Assembly (NCBI GenBank): GCA_051294905.1
Contig: CM119381.1
Coordinates: forward strand, 16,740,001 to 16,804,000
Reading direction: 5' to 3'
DNA length: 64,000 nucleotides
Source of the DNA: Botryllus schlosseri
Taxonomy: Eukaryota
Position 1 is the first letter of the stretch. Each line of letters begins with the position of its first letter. The translations under genes were made by a program, and so were the position numbers. Shown piece after piece: positions 1 to 14,196 of this stretch. The notes under the pieces are model-generated. The model did not search any database and had not been told where the DNA came from. It was given only the letters and a program-made list of their open reading frames with translations.

Positions 1-949
1 TTGATCATGATCAATCATTCGAACCAGGTGTATATGTATATGTTTCGGATCGTGCAATGGCCATGGTCGTACACAGCAAAATGTTGCGAAGTCCAGCTTG
101 CACTAATACTGGGATACAAATACAACATATATTCAGATTCAATATCCCTGTTCTGGACCAATTACATCAATGAAATTGCAGTGCATACGGTAATTGATCG
201 AATGCAACGGCACGGGGCTATATAAAGGTGACCATAACTAGCCGGAATTTTGTGGATATAATTATTTGTAAATGAATGTATATCCTGACAAGAAGCGGCA
301 GGTGCATGGTGTATCTTTCCGATACTGATGCCTGATCGACGAAAGGAACTAGTAAATGAATGTCTGTTTTGAGGACGTACGATTTAGTTACACCCCACGC
401 GCGAAGCCCAAAATTAATACGGGACAAACATGAGTATAGCGTGCCGACTAAATGGCAGGCACGTCATGAATAATATATCTGCAATTTATACCTGACTGGT
501 GATTTGAGATTATGTACCGCAGACGAATAAAAACTTATATCAGTGACAATGTGGGTGTATTGGGTTTATGTGACTCATTAAGGCTTCGTTCTCGTGCTTG
601 ACCCATTCTTTCCTAATATGGAGCATGGAGTGAATAATGAAACGTTAAAAATTCGATTTACGAAACATTTCTTTGATTAGCCTAAACGCTCGAAAGTTAG
701 TCATAGAAACATGCAATTATCTATATATTTTTTACGATCTGCGGTTTTGGAACGATCTATATTGTTACTGTCTGCAAAATATCTATCTCTATAGTTCCTA
801 AGGTATAAGATTAGCACCAATCGGAGACTTTGCCGAATTCGTATCCCTTGAAATACATATGAACACCACCTGATGAAAAAGTGGGGCATGTTACTAGGTT
901 ATCGACTTACAGGTCCATGCTCATTTGGAACGACGTGATCGAGAGGATG

Positions 950-2950
950 TTTGCGACTAAAAATAGGACATTGCAATCCTCATATTCAATGACCAAGCTG
1001 AACATAATCTGCCTGGTGGTTAGGGTGGTCATATCAGTAACGAAGTAATTATACTGTTTTGGATACTCGTGTATACATGTCGGTTTTCTCTACATGCAGC
1101 ACAACCACCTGATAAGATGTGCGTATGTACTATGTGATCACAAAGCAATTCCGTAATCACTCGCACCTGTATAGTGTATATAGCTTAACTGGTCATTTCG
1201 GAATATGCATAATGGAATTATATTGTCGCTGATTGTTTTATCGTATGTATATGCATAACAGTAACAACTTCTACATGTTCTTCATTATAATTTCCTACGT
1301 CATTTCAACTTTCGTGAGAGCAGCGTCAGTGGCTGCACTTTGAGCATGACCATGACCATTGGCCAGCCTCTCGGGCAACAATATCCCACGGTCGAAAATG
1401 AATGTATTACCGCAGAGTTTTAGAATCTAAACATGACGAAAACTATAAACTTATTCTACATCAGTTTCAAGTAGCCAATACAATGTGGCATACATCAGTA
1501 TATTTTATATATGCAAACTACTAAAGTGCATTCTAAGATTTCGAATGATCTGATCTTGACATAGAGGTTTTCTCAATTGTCTAAAGTCGCCAAAATGCTG
1601 TTTTTGAAATTAACCGTATATTATATATATAATTCGTTAAAACCATTTTTATTGAAACGATAAACCAATTTGGACATATAATATCGTAGAAAATATTCGT
1701 CATCATCGTATAATCGTGCAATAGCAATCGTGCGCATGAAAATTCATAAGCCCTGATTATAATAACATTATAATCGACATATGTACAGTACATTGTACAA
1801 TATCGGTCTAAAATCGAGCAAAATGAATCATGCCTATAGTGATGGGACCGGAATATTTGGAGTTCTTCAATTGGTATTTGTATTAATATATCCAATAAAT
1901 CTTTGCACTTAGTTATCTTTCTTCTTTACGTATAATGGTGCACTCGACGTCTGTTTCACTGTGGTTTTCGATGCTTTTTATGATGGTAATTGCTTGCATT
2001 ACTGCCGTCGCATATACCGTCTCCCCAGCACCACATCATTTTGCAGATGCGTGGAAATACCATGATGACGGAAAAATGCTAAAATGCTGCTATATCTTTC
2101 GTAACGCCGTCCTTCTACGTTCCGACGTTGAAATTTGAATTGGAGTCTCAAGCCAGTGCTACCTTAGGGACATTAGCGTGTGAAAAGGTTGGAATTACAA
2201 CCGAACAGTTAATAATGGTAAAGATACATTGTCATAAATGCACACGGGAAACCCGACACTCCTAAATGAGGCCTCGATGCTTAACACATTAAGGAGACTT
2301 ACATTTTCACGTACCGAACGTTTGTAGTGACAACCGGTTTGATGTAAGGACAGTCCTGAACCGACCAATACAATACACAATCCCTTTTATTCCAATTGAT
2401 AGCTGAAAACAACGCGAGCGACCCGTCTCTTCACGACAGAATAGCTAATAATACGTATCGATACATATTACCCATCCACGATTCAATGAAAAGGAGATGG
2501 GAGTTGCCCTACAAGTGGAATAATCGAATTATCCCAAGATGTGAAGTTATCGATGGAAGCACACCATCCGGGCATAATATTTTTCAATCTCTTGAAACTG
2601 TTCTGCACGTATAATACAAACCTTTTCAATGGTTCTTGTGTTGTGATTCCGTCAACTTGAGGTTTCGAAGCTACACCAGCTGTAAAATCACCAAAGACTA
2701 TCTTCGCGCCTGGGAACTCACGGCATAACAATACTTAAAGAGCCACTTACCGGGGAAAAGCACTCTACTTCTACGGCACAACGGGATATTGGGGTGGCTA
2801 TTCCAGTAATTTTGAAATAAATCCAACAATACTTCTTCCAATCGAAAAGCGTATTTGCTGAAATCAAGTGACATCTTCAGTAAGGAACAAAAAGTTATCC
2901 TCGGTCTATTTCGTCGGGTGATTTGGATTACTGATTTAAACAAAATTCCA
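950..2950 (-). mobile_element. Heavily decayed RTE-like LINE (APE endonuclease + reverse transcriptase remnants)
   Basis: Motifs in the expected order and spacing on minus: KIVFGDFTAGV (~2704-2672, APE GDFNA), EELQIFR (~1868-1848, cf. EEQAGFR), YVDY..RAYE (~1778-1746, cf. FVDYEKAFD), HVEKTDM (1096-1076, cf. NVEKTKIM), DYVQLGH (1009-989, cf. FVYLGS). Many stops and frameshifts. Confidence 0.45.
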
Positions 2951-3419
2951 GATTTGGAGAATTAACGTAGAAGCGGGTGGTCCTGACGAGTGAGAAAATT
3001 AGGTGAGATTTGTTGCTTTAGACACAAATTTAATATCTCGTGAAGAGTTGTATGCTCTTGAGTCACCGCGACTTAATACACTATTCATTTAATCTGAAGA
3101 TAATATATGGCATGAGCAAACAACATTATGATCACACGCAACCTACATCCACTTTCAGTGCACCTGATAGTGTAGCGCCACCGTTTTGGACAGGAATGAC
3201 ACAAAATACGTGAATACTATTGACCCCAGCCTCTTGAGAGATGCTGTGATGATATCGTAAGAAGAAAATGCTTGTTTGGATAGCGAGATACCGCAATAAG
3301 GGCAGATCGAACGGACGGACATTGAAGTCTTTTTACGCGATACATTGCTATCATCCACTGCAACGGTAGATAGTTTTAAATTAGCATAGCATGTAAAGTT
3401 TGTATTTGGAAATTAGAAT

Positions 3420-4000
3420 GTACATGTTATGGACATTTCGCAGGCACTCAACTATTACCGGGGCTTCATTTTCCTTACCCTTTCTTTCTGCCCAGCGTCG
3501 ATCGGGTATATTTCAAGTTATTATAGCTTCAAAATGTTCAACTCGACTCTACCGTCTAGTGTACCCGGATCTTCAGAACGACAGTAAATGTCGTGATTGT
3601 GTGGCATTCATACTGATGGCATCTGATTATGGGAGTGGTTTGGTCGCGTGTCAATGGTGCCATAGACAGATTGCATCAATAAAATTTGTAATTGCGTGAA
3701 TGCTTATCGATAATATACCATATCCTTAAACATCGGGAACGGGAACTATAGCTGCACAAAATACTTCCATGTACTTGGATAGCGAAATGCTACAGTTGAT
3801 CTAGAATTAAATGAAAAGTCATACTAAGATCAAATAATGTATCCGTTGATATGGGAGGTAATGATAATTGGAAAAGAGGGGGAATTTAGTGCACCATTCC
3901 GCATATTTGCATTCCTGAATCGGGCTTTGCAGTGACACCCGCAATATAGTTTAACTTCCATGACCTCATCGATTGTTAAAATGAATTTCATCTTCCGTAG
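3420..4000 (-). mobile_element. Possible second decayed LINE fragment (APE/linker)
   Basis: IAGVTAK (~3950, cf. IMGDFNAK) and a frameshifted APGN..VPA (~3450, cf. KAPGxDGIPAE). Weak. Confidence 0.3.
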
Positions 4001-4710
4001 CTTACCCAGATTAGTGGGCTACACCAAACCAACAGTTTCGTCATATTTTCGAAGTTATTAGGATCATATAATAAATAACGTATGAAATACGATAATGATG
4101 ACATATCGGTTACGTCGAGATGTGCGTTTGAAAGGTCGTTGGAAACATCTATGAGAATTTGTCAGGCTACATTAAAACAAATTATTCTCGCTAAGACGAA
4201 AATTGGGATGACCACTTCTAGGATTATATTAAGATATCGCGTGATGTTTTGAACGGTTTTCAACTAATGGAACGCAATATTCTTACTATTGTCTGGTTCA
4301 AGCGTCCGGATTAGGGCAGGCAAACATTGTAACGGGAGGTGATGCGCGCAACGATCACGCGCCCAACGAAATGAGTTACAATTCATTAGGATTGTGATCT
4401 AGCGGTCGCAGATAATTTCGTAACAAGCACATATAAAATGCAGCCGTGACGTCATAATGACGATGAAGTCGAAGTACGGTAATTGAAAGTGACACCATAC
4501 CATAAAATAAAGTGTCTTTCGTTGACCTTGACCGGACCCATGATGATGGTACCTAAACTCATTTTGTTATTGATGGCATTAATTGAAGACATCTATATAT
4601 AGTAGCTTACATGCGAGGTGAGGAGCTTTTCGATTCTACCATATCGTGTCATAAATAATAACAATTCTCAGTTTTCTTTGCATACTCGATAATATAGGAT
4701 GTCTGATAAG

Positions 4711-5426
4711 TAGGCCAAGTATTTGTTGCACTAAAATCGTGGGAAAGTTGCACTTAATTTTAACAAAAGTTGCAGTAAAAAGTTGCATTTATTCGCAATT
4801 AATAGGGTATGAGCTATTCGAAAGGTTCCGTTGTATAACCCAGCAGCAGCGGCATCGCCCCTTAAAGCTGGCTGGAACACTTTAATTAGGCAAAAATTCA
4901 AAGTTTCAAATGCTATTTAGAGGGAAAATGACCAGCTGGCCGCACAAAAATCTCAGGTGAGCCACAGGTTGGACGGACATCTCTACCCTAGACTGTCGCC
5001 TTAACTGATATCAAGGTTATCGCTTCTTTCTTGCAAAATGATGAATGTACTTTCATAAACACATTAGTTTCCGTTTGTGCGGGGTTGACCAAAAGCCAAG
5101 TCATACGTCCATGTACTTCTAATTTAGTTCGGGCACTGCGTCATAGATAACATTGAGATGTAACTAATCCATCACATAGCTCTTAGTTATGTAAATCATA
5201 GAGAATAGAACCATATCAGAAATAGTTTTATAGCATGTTTTTCAATTCACTTATTCACATTTTGAGCATTACTTGATAAAACTTGCAGGGAAAATAGAGA
5301 AAAGTTGCAAAAGTTGTAATATAAAATTCCTACAAACGGCTTAAAATATCATGCTATGTATTCTGAGTATTTAGAAAGCTGTCGGAAGCTGTAAAAAAGT
5401 TGCTAAAGTTGCAGCAACTTGCCCTA
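4711..5426. mobile_element. Non-autonomous hAT-type MITE (AAAAGTTGCA-rich family), copy A
   Basis: Imperfect TIRs (taggccaagt... / ...acttgcccta); 8-bp TSD ctgataag (4703-4710) / ctgataac (5427-5434); both ends align with the copy at 7571-8079. Confidence 0.7.
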
Positions 5427-5429
5427 CTG

Positions 5430-5760
5430 ATAACGATATGTAATGAAAGCTCAACTGATTGATAGGTTTGAGATGTATTATTCTCACAGTTTCCAGTGTA
5501 AGTTATAATAGGCTAGTAAGGAATGCAGTGTACGGCGGAAATTATGGAAACGTATCATATCCATTATCATCAGTACAATTGTATTACGGTCTCATTATTC
5601 TCCAGTCGCTGCTGATTGGCTCATACGATCAACCTACCATTCAGTTACTTGAAAAATGATCAATTTAGGTCGTGGGCTAGGGTGAATGTGTCTAGAATAA
5701 CGATTCACGAGGTCCCATCGGGTTAATGTTGGTGCCAGTCGATTTTTAAAACATTGGTTT
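5430..5760 (+). mobile_element. Decayed 3' part of an RTE-like LINE ORF
   Basis: IDRFEM and SYNRLVRNAV resemble the RTE C-terminal LDAFEMW...ISWTDRVRNEEV; a GRG motif follows. Directly abuts the MITE right end. Confidence 0.35.
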
Positions 5761-6309
5761 AGAGTGCTTTCACGCAAAACTCTGAATATAGTAGTTGAGT
5801 ATTTATAACTCATATTTATGATCACCGATGCATAGTTTTGCTTTTCGCAAGAAATTAAACACAAACGTAGTAACTGAGTAAGTATAGGACGCTCGAAATC
5901 GTTGAAACTTATTTACTCATATGTCAATTAACGAACAGTCGAACACGTAGCATACTTTGAGATGTTAGTTGGGATGCAGTTTCGCTTTTGCAATAAGGGT
6001 ATCGAAATGCGCAATTATCGATAGAGCCTTTCTATTCTAAAGCGTTATGTCACTGGTGGGAATGACCTGAATTTTCCCTGAGCGGTGCCGGGGGCACTGA
6101 AATGCTAGTGATTCCACTGAAACTGATTATCTCATCACGACTGGAAATCCCAAGTTACACGACCTGTTGGTATACTACATATGTATTATCACAAAGGCCG
6201 TGTATATTTTCTTGATTTGAAAAAGCTGAGCGATTGCATTTTGAGATGCAACGAATAATCGTGTATAGTAATTCAACGGTCATGAACCACTACCGACAGT
6301 GGAGAGATA

Positions 6310-6380
6310 CAGCGTAGTATAGTGGTATGATCCACAGCTGCAACACTAATAGGTTGCGGGTTCGAGGCCGACTCCAGAAT
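6310..6380 (+). mobile_element. tRNA-derived SINE head (degenerate)
   Basis: A-box-like TAGTATAGTGG and B-box-like GGTTCGAGGCC at tRNA-like spacing; no convincing cloverleaf. Confidence 0.45.
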
Positions 6381-7029
6381 TCCTGCCTAAATGTTGGAGG
6401 TTTTTCTAGGCCCCGCCTCGGATCAGCGTAAGCGGTGTCTTATAGAAATCCTATCAGTGGGCCGTGCTAAAAGTCGGTAAATACGGAATAAAAAATAAAG
6501 AGTATCGGCCTCGTGTAAAATGACCGATGTAGTCGAAACACCATAAATATAAAAAAAAACAAAAGATTGGATAAATGAAGATAATGGCCGATAAGTCAAT
6601 GTCAGCTTGGCGCCTGGTTTAGGAATCAAAAGGGCGTAAACAACAAAACAGTGTCAAAAGACTGCTCCTCGCAAGAATTCCGAATGATGTCAATGAATGA
6701 ATGAAGAGACAAATGAATCTCACTTGTTTTCAAATCTATGATAAAATAATTTCAACATCAACTTCTTATATAACCTATCGACACAAAATGATCATTTGGT
6801 GAAATCTATATGCCTGGACTCATTTTATTATTTCTAGCCGAAAAGCGAGTCTTTTTTTCAACATTATCAAAACTTCACTATTATGAATATAGATCTCTAA
6901 ATGGATTTTATTGGTTAGTCCCCAAAATTAAATTTTAAAAATTGACACATATAGTGTGTGTTAGACCAGAACATGAATTATTATTTTTCAATACAATTGA
7001 TTAATTTGATAGTAATATTATTTGAGTTT

Positions 7030-7400
7030 AGAAACGATACCCTGACGAGAATAAATGATAACTTGGCCGTCAATAGAGCCGATTCGATCATGTCGATTTC
7101 CGTTATCTTCATTGATCCGGCCCAAGCCCGGTGATTTTCGAAATTTATGTGGATACCGACCACAGAGGCACGTTCACAAATGTTCCGCCATTGCATTCTT
7201 GCGGGAGAGAGGCAGTTTTGGGATGTTGATGCATCATTTCGAGCATGTTTCATTAGGATACAAATATTGTCAGCACTCACATCATTACGTAATGTCGGAA
7301 ACTATATAAGTGGACAGGCCTGCCGCAAGATTGAAAGGAAGTAATGTTTCCGAAACCTGTTAACTGCAGAAACTTTCGTAGCGAACATGACAACGGCCTC
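7030..7400 (+). mobile_element. Decayed LINE reverse-transcriptase fragment
   Basis: VIFIDPAQA...MW (cf. VFIDLEKAFD...LW) and GQAC (cf. RQGC) in roughly the expected spacing. Confidence 0.3.
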
Positions 7401-7570
7401 CATGAATGCTGTAAGCACCTTGAGGAGAATGAAATCGTCGAATAGTATCGAGGAATAATCGTGGATAGAAAGCGGTCGCAGTCAATTTTTCATCACGACC
7501 CTACGGTAATAATCGTGCCCTGAATGTGATGTGAAACGTTTGGTGGTGCTTTTCTTGCATAGATCATGAT

Positions 7571-8079
7571 ATGGGCAAGTTTTTGTTGCAGCAAAATCAG
7601 TGGAAAGTTACATTTATTTTTCACAAAAGTTGCAGTAAAAAGTTGCATTTATTTTATGACAAAGTTGCAGTAAAATGTTGCATTTATGGACAAGTTCGTT
7701 GAAATTATTAAGGTCTGAGATACTAGAATAGGTGCATATCCAAGGTACTGCAGCTAAACTCAGTGTTGGCGACTTCAACAAATTCAATAGCCTGAAAAAA
7801 TTGATCCAGCGAAAATATAATTTTCAGCGGTCTAGCCTGAATGTACGTCGAATCAGAAAGGACCTCATATTTTAACGGCAATGCAATAATCAAGCGATCT
7901 ATTTACATATAGTGCCAAATATTTCCAGTAAAAAGTTAGTTGCATGAAAAATTGCAAAAAGTTGGAGTATAAGAATACTAGTACAAACAGCTTAAAACAT
8001 CATACTACATAACTTCTGAGTATTGAGGAAGTTGCCGGAAGCTGTAAAATAGTTGCAAAAGTTGCAAAAACTAGCCCTG
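7571..8079. mobile_element. Non-autonomous hAT-type MITE, copy B of the 4711-5426 family
   Basis: Shared terminal blocks with copy A; TSD atcatgat (7563-7570) / gtcatgat (8080-8087). Confidence 0.65.
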
Positions 8080-11000
8080 GTCATGATTCAAGCGGATATT
8101 GTAATTACGGCGTAGGATGATGAAAAAACAACATGTAGCATACACGTATCTGCTCGGGGCGCCTATACTATATAGTCCATATGTGTTATATATTATAAAT
8201 CATGCGGAGAAAAGGTTGTGCTTTAATCGCCTTCACTCAACACAAAGTGTCAGGCATTTGGTTTATGCAACATATAGGTAATGGACATAAAACATCATGA
8301 TTTTCTATTTCCATTGTAGTCTGTCCTTGTCAATAATTGTCCGTGGTATGAACGGCAGTTCGCAGTATAATTAGCGAAACAAGATAAGCTAAGTGTAATA
8401 CCTTGTAATATCAATTAAATATCGTGACATCGGATCTCTATGTAAACTCGGACGTAAGCTGCATAATGACAATGTTTCCAGAATGAGCGTTTAGGTCGAT
8501 TTATGAATCATAAATATATTCTTCGGCTTATTGAGATCTACAAGTTTTGTATGACTTACAGGCTCATTATACACAATTACTAATTCATGATACATTTATG
8601 ATATGACAATCTAGCGTACGCTTTGACAAATCCATGAATTTATTGCAACAGAACTCGATATACATGGATCCACAATGATATTGATATGTCGCGATATCAT
8701 TTGACTGTCCTGTCAATGTCCCACAAGGTTGTGTAGCCCATGATCTGCCAACCTGAGCAGAAAGGCAAATTCTATTAGCCAGTCATTCAAGATATCATTT
8801 CGAAGTCTCTAATTTCAAGGCCAAAAGAATGACGACGACTTTCGTGTATAGTATTGAATTGTGTTTTTGACAGTTCTGGTCAATTTAATCGGGATCAGAA
8901 TTCCCGAGCACTTCATACAGATTACATGAGAAAGTTGACGGATGAGCTCGCTAGATGTCCGTAATTAATTCGTTTTACGTCAAACGATGCAAATATATCA
9001 ACGGTCCGTCGCGTCACGGGTTCTTTATCGCTTACCGCTGTTTTCTGTCGTTTGCGACCGAGCGTGATTCTCCTTTGCTTTCATCACTCTATACAACGGC
9101 GAGCGACCGTTAAGTCTTTAATCCTTAGAATCTTTGAATCATCCTACGAATACTCCATGAGGTAATCCAATATTCATGATTAGTATATACAGGGTTTGGA
9201 TTTTTGTTAATTTGACCCGGTCCGTAACTGAATAACAGGAAACCTACCCCAACCCGAGTTGGTATGATCCTAGCAAGCAACCCTTGTTTCTTTAGTGCCC
9301 GTTGCCTATCGTGTTCAATGTGCTGAAGTGCTGGATTACGTCTTAATCCGGAAATTCCTGTCCGCCGCACCTGCATGCACTATTTAATCACTGGGTGGAA
9401 CCGCCTTAAAGCAGTTTATAACCACAGAAAGGTCGCGCTTAGCTTACTTGCCTTGGAATGCAGTACACGGAAGGCTCTCGACTCGATCCATTCAAGCCTC
9501 TATTCGGAAACGTGTTCACGGAGATAACTCAGGTCTTATCATACCACGAAATGATTGACCAATAAACACGCGGTGCATTTTGGGATATCCTTTGAATACT
9601 TTCACAATTAAATGCAATATGTGATCACATTTAAGGCAGGTGATGCAATTTTCTATATTTTAAATTGTCACGACGAAATTTGGACGCGTCAGGACGTGAT
9701 GTTTATCACAAATATTTTTGCCTACAAAGTTAACGGAACAAAATCTAGTTTATCAGTTACATCCATCGGTTTAATTATCCGGCATCACATGTCACCTTAT
9801 ATCGCCACTAAGACTACAATGGTTCCCAATTTTTTTGGTCTTATCCCCCTTTCAAACTCGACACGTGCTTATCGGTGTATCGCTTTCCCAAAGGATATCA
9901 TTACTTACTTCTTCTTTTTTGGGTTACTCAAGTAGCCTTGTTTACTTGTACTAATTACCCAAGAAAATGTGTTTTCATGCTAGTTCCACTTCTACTTCTA
10001 CAGTTTTCGATGACTCAGCTCTTTACGTAGCCGTTCTTACGTGGATTGCATCACTTTTATAAGCGAAAATATTAAAAATTCTGTAAAGTGCATTTGCGCT
10101 ACAACCATAAAAATTCGGTTTTCAAACCTTAAAAGTCACGGTTAAAGGCTGCGTAAGGTCAACATTTCCTGCATAGCATGCTCTACGATGAAAATATGAT
10201 ACGCATGACACCGGACACAACAGTAAAAGGAAAGTGAAGGTAATATAGATATTCACACACGCAGTTTTTCGTCTTGGCATGAAGTGCACGAAACAATATA
10301 TATCGAAACAATATGTATAGAAACTCCAAAGTGCAATGCCGTCTTTTAACTCAATACGCCGCAATCACGATTCGCTGCATCATCCATTGAAAGTTGTGTA
10401 ATAATCCTCAAGTGACCCTATCTTATGAAATATATCGTTCAAACCCCTACATAAAGAGGCATCAAATATTTATGTCCTTACCGAAACAACACGATTTCAT
10501 TTTAGTAATTGCCGCTCTGACATAATTGTACATTACATTGGTTCAAATTGGTATTGGAGTATTTTCCACATCATTTCATCGTGTTCGACACGCATGTAAA
10601 GACTTTGATCCTTTGACGTAGTAACCAATAAGATATGAAAGATTATTACTAGTAAGGGAAATTTCATACCAGTAAGAAAATTGTCCCCAATTTTCTGTCA
10701 ATCCAAAGAAAATCGAAAAGAAAAAGATTGCCAAATATATCCTGATTTTTTTCGTGTGAGATCGCAATCACAACACTGAAGCGGTGACCCGATCGGGTAG
10801 ATAAAGTATTACACAATACTTAGGCCTGTGTTTAAAATGAAAATAAATTTAAAACACGGATGTTTAAAACAAGGCCTTTATCCTACCGATGGAAATAACA
10901 AATATGAGATTGCGATATTTAGATGCACTAGAGAACACGACTTAAAATGCTTTAAAGGTACTACCTGCATATAAACAATTTCTTTTGTACTAGTTGTCAA

Positions 11001-12509
11001 CAAATAGTTTAGCACGACAAAATCACTAACGGGAGTCCAGGGCAGACTGATCTGCCCAATATAGTAGTATACCTATACTAACTAGCGCTTGATCTTTCCC
11101 ACATTCTATTCCATAATACATGACTGTATTTAGCTGGCTCAGTTGAAACTACCCACATCCCTCAAATGTATCTTATGATGTCACGAGTACCCGCTACGTA
11201 AAATGAAACCGTGATGCCGCGTCATTGTTTAAAAAAGAACATTACGCCCAGTGATCCAGTCCGTCAAATACTTCATTTATCCACATCAACCAGAAGTTGG
11301 GATTCTCGGTTGCATTGATTCTCAGTGATGCAATTGCCGCTAAGGACGTCATGGGCTCCATATCATACACGCCTTCTATTACCAGGTCAGGTTTGTTTCA
11401 AACACGTTTTTTTAATGAAATCTATACTTGCGTAGCTGTAGGTGTAGAAAAATTTTCATATCGGTACACATAGTGTGTCGTTGAAAAGCAACAATTTTCC
11501 TTCTCGAATCAGGGAGAAGTTTTGTTACTATTACTTATAGCGCCTACTATGTACAATAGTTTTTTCCTTCTACTAAGCATCGTCTACCTAGGGTAGGGGG
11601 TTGCCAACCTGCGGACGTAGATCAAAATTATGCAGCCGTCGACACATAAATAATGTAGCGTGTTGGCGGCCGTCATCATGCAATTTGAATTAAAGAATTG
11701 GATCACAAATTCTGAGAGATTTCAACTCAACTTGAAAATTTTCTTCGCGCTTCGCCCGATTAAGGGTGCCTCTATTTATTTTTTTATTTTTTTTAATATA
11801 CTAGTGTACTTCCAAACTAGCCCCATTATACAAATGCAAATACAAACCGCAGCGGAAAATGATGTGTTCCATAAGAACTACGAATTTTTTTTAAAAGGCC
11901 TAATTTTTGCAGCAATATTTAAAACATGCATTAAACAGAGTATTTTGAAGCACCATTTGTTTTAAATCCAGCCCTTGCTACATGTGTAATCCAAATGCGG
12001 CCGTGAATATCTGTCTTTGAAAAGTCACTTTGCTGAATGAAAATGTCTTAGAAGTAGCGCATGTGATATTTGTAGTACCGTATATGGTTTCCGAGTTAAT
12101 CATTGAGACAGATCTTGCAATTAGGAGTCTTTTCACGGATGACTGACAAATATGATCCTGGGATGGGTCGTCTCGAGGTTTCAGTCTCTTTCAGAGATTT
12201 ATGTACGCGAACGAACGAGGTTCCACACCTACAGTCCTACACTGTGAACATTTTTCTGGGAAATAGCATAATATAACAGTAATATATTAATTTTTTATCG
12301 AAATTCCTTGAATTGTAATACTTCATATCGCCCTCTGCATGACGGTGGGTGCTACAATAGAACATGAATACGATACCTAGCATAGTCGAAAATTTTATTG
12401 ATTCTCGGGATTTCACAATTTGTGATTTGTAAATAATATGACACGCTTCCGCCACCACTACGTGCTTGACCTGAAAACGGACGAGCAAGCGATCATGAGC
12501 TTTTATTCC

Positions 12510-13480
12510 CGCGCAGTGGATGGGTTAGTAATTCCTGGTGAATCTACAAATGATATTTCGGACCCACCGTGCAAAACTTTTCCCGGGAACAGAAGGTACT
12601 TCTAGCAGCTCAGCAATATTACGTGCTAATAAGTGAGATTTGTGGACAGAATACCAGCCCTGGATCTCAATAGAATTTTAACCAACAAGGTCAATGATAG
12701 GACGTCATGAGGATAATGATAACATTAGGATAGTAAATTTCGCCCCAGTAGCCTGACATGGTTCAAATGACACAAAGCTTACTCTTTTTGATGACCACCA
12801 CTCCAATAATTTTGTGCAGCCGTACTCTATAGCAGGCTAATGAATTAGATTTGTAATGTGGTCGACTTTTGTTTTCGTGACAAGGCGAAGATGCGGGGTT
12901 CGTCGGAGGCTCGCAGATGAGCGTAAGGGTTCGCCAGATTATGAACCACAATCCCAGTGTCATCAGCCAAGTTGGGTTAGCCGCAAAATGAATCGATATA
13001 CTCGGGCCATCTTCAGCAGTCCCATAATATTCGACAGCTAAGCGCCATCAGCATATCGAAGAGGTTATAACACAGAGCCGAAAGAGCAGTCGGTGACATT
13101 TCGGCAGCGGAATCCGAAATCGCCAACGCAGTGCAGTCGTAACTTGAGGTCGATAGGAGAAAACCCACCGCCGGCAAAAAAAGCAGCCTGCGTCAGTCCA
13201 GCGTGCAAGCCGACATTTTAGTCCAAACTCAAATCGCGGTATCTCCGCTCTACAAAGGTCGTGGGAAGAGCTGTCTTTCCGCCGTACAAAACGGATCACG
13301 TCTTCAGATAACAACTTTCTAATTGGTCGAAATCCCGCACGGCTAAGCCTCGCCGCGAAGATTAGCAGCGGTGTAATATCGTAATTCGACAAGCCCAAGC
13401 CTCGGCGCGCACAACCGACCGCCAAATCCTCCGTCTCAATCTCGTGTTTCTCTAACTTTCGCCAATCTTGGAAAATAAAC
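12510..13480 (+). mobile_element. Decayed RTE-like LINE APE endonuclease + linker
   Basis: IRIVNFAP (cf. ITIIQVYAPT), a frameshifted VMGDF (GTAATGtGGtCGACTTT, ~12852-12868), SWVS..IDI (cf. TW.SP..IDY), SWEEL, NFRQSWKIN (cf. N.R..W..IN). Confidence 0.45.
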
Positions 13481-13933
13481 ATCTCGTCTCGCCAAATCGT
13501 TTGTGTAAACACAGGCAACGCGCACTAGGACCACCTAGAAATGAATCAGCTTTCATCGGAACACACATTGCAGCAAAAAAAAACTACTCGGAAATAGGGC
13601 TGCGCAAAACAGAGTAGCTAGGCTATAGGAATGATTTGAATCTGAATCGAGCCCGTTCTATATCATTGCCCTTTATGACAAGCTGCTTTTTGATCACTCC
13701 ACGGATATGTCATTTCCACTAACGCTTTGTCCTAATTGGTTCGTGCGCTACGTTACGATAAGTCGAGGTTTACAGTCTTGCAGAGGAAAAAAGTGTCGCA
13801 ACTATAATTCTTGCTGATAAATTAACTCTTAGTGACAAGTACCGTATAATATCATTACTCGAAAAAAATCATCGCTCCCTATTCGGAAGCCTTCATATGC
13901 AGCATTGCAGTAAAACAAAACTAGTCGGAAACC

Positions 13934-13978
13934 TTTATTGGCAGTTTTGCAGTAAAAAAACAGTTGCGAGTATTTATT
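13934..13978 (-). terminator. Two AATAAA poly(A) signals downstream of the WDHD1 stop
   Basis: TTTATT on the plus strand at 13934-13939 and 13973-13978, within a ~39-bp local tandem duplication, ~220-260 nt past the stop. Confidence 0.5.
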
Positions 13979-14196
13979 GGCAGCTTTGCGGTATGATTGA
14001 ATCGTATCAAAAGTAGGCAGCACACTATCGCTAACTGTAATGTCGTTATCTACACAGCGAGACAAACTACAAACACGCAAAGTCGTAAATCAAAGGCGCG
14101 AAGCTCTTGTCGCGATATCGGCGGCAAACCGGAGAATCCGGAAACGCATGACGTCACACAGCACCGGAACGGATCCGCGTTCTTCGCCGTCGACGT

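Noticed and set aside
1660-1880. Alpha-1,3-fucosyltransferase pseudogene on plus (HENS, PDY, MPIVMGP, EYLEFFNW)
   Set aside because: The motif spacing is wrong. The minus strand fits RT motifs in the correct order and distance from the upstream APE remnant, which is more parsimonious.
2980-3005. Second hammerhead-like motif (cCUGACGAgugaGAAAauuagg)
   Set aside because: No G-C pair closing stem II and only a 2-bp stem I; probably chance.
13048-13518. 156-aa minus ORF with death-domain-like words (DWRKL, ARRGLGLS)
   Set aside because: It is antisense to a decayed LINE endonuclease/linker region, the helix spacing does not fit a death domain, and there is no ATG or splice support.
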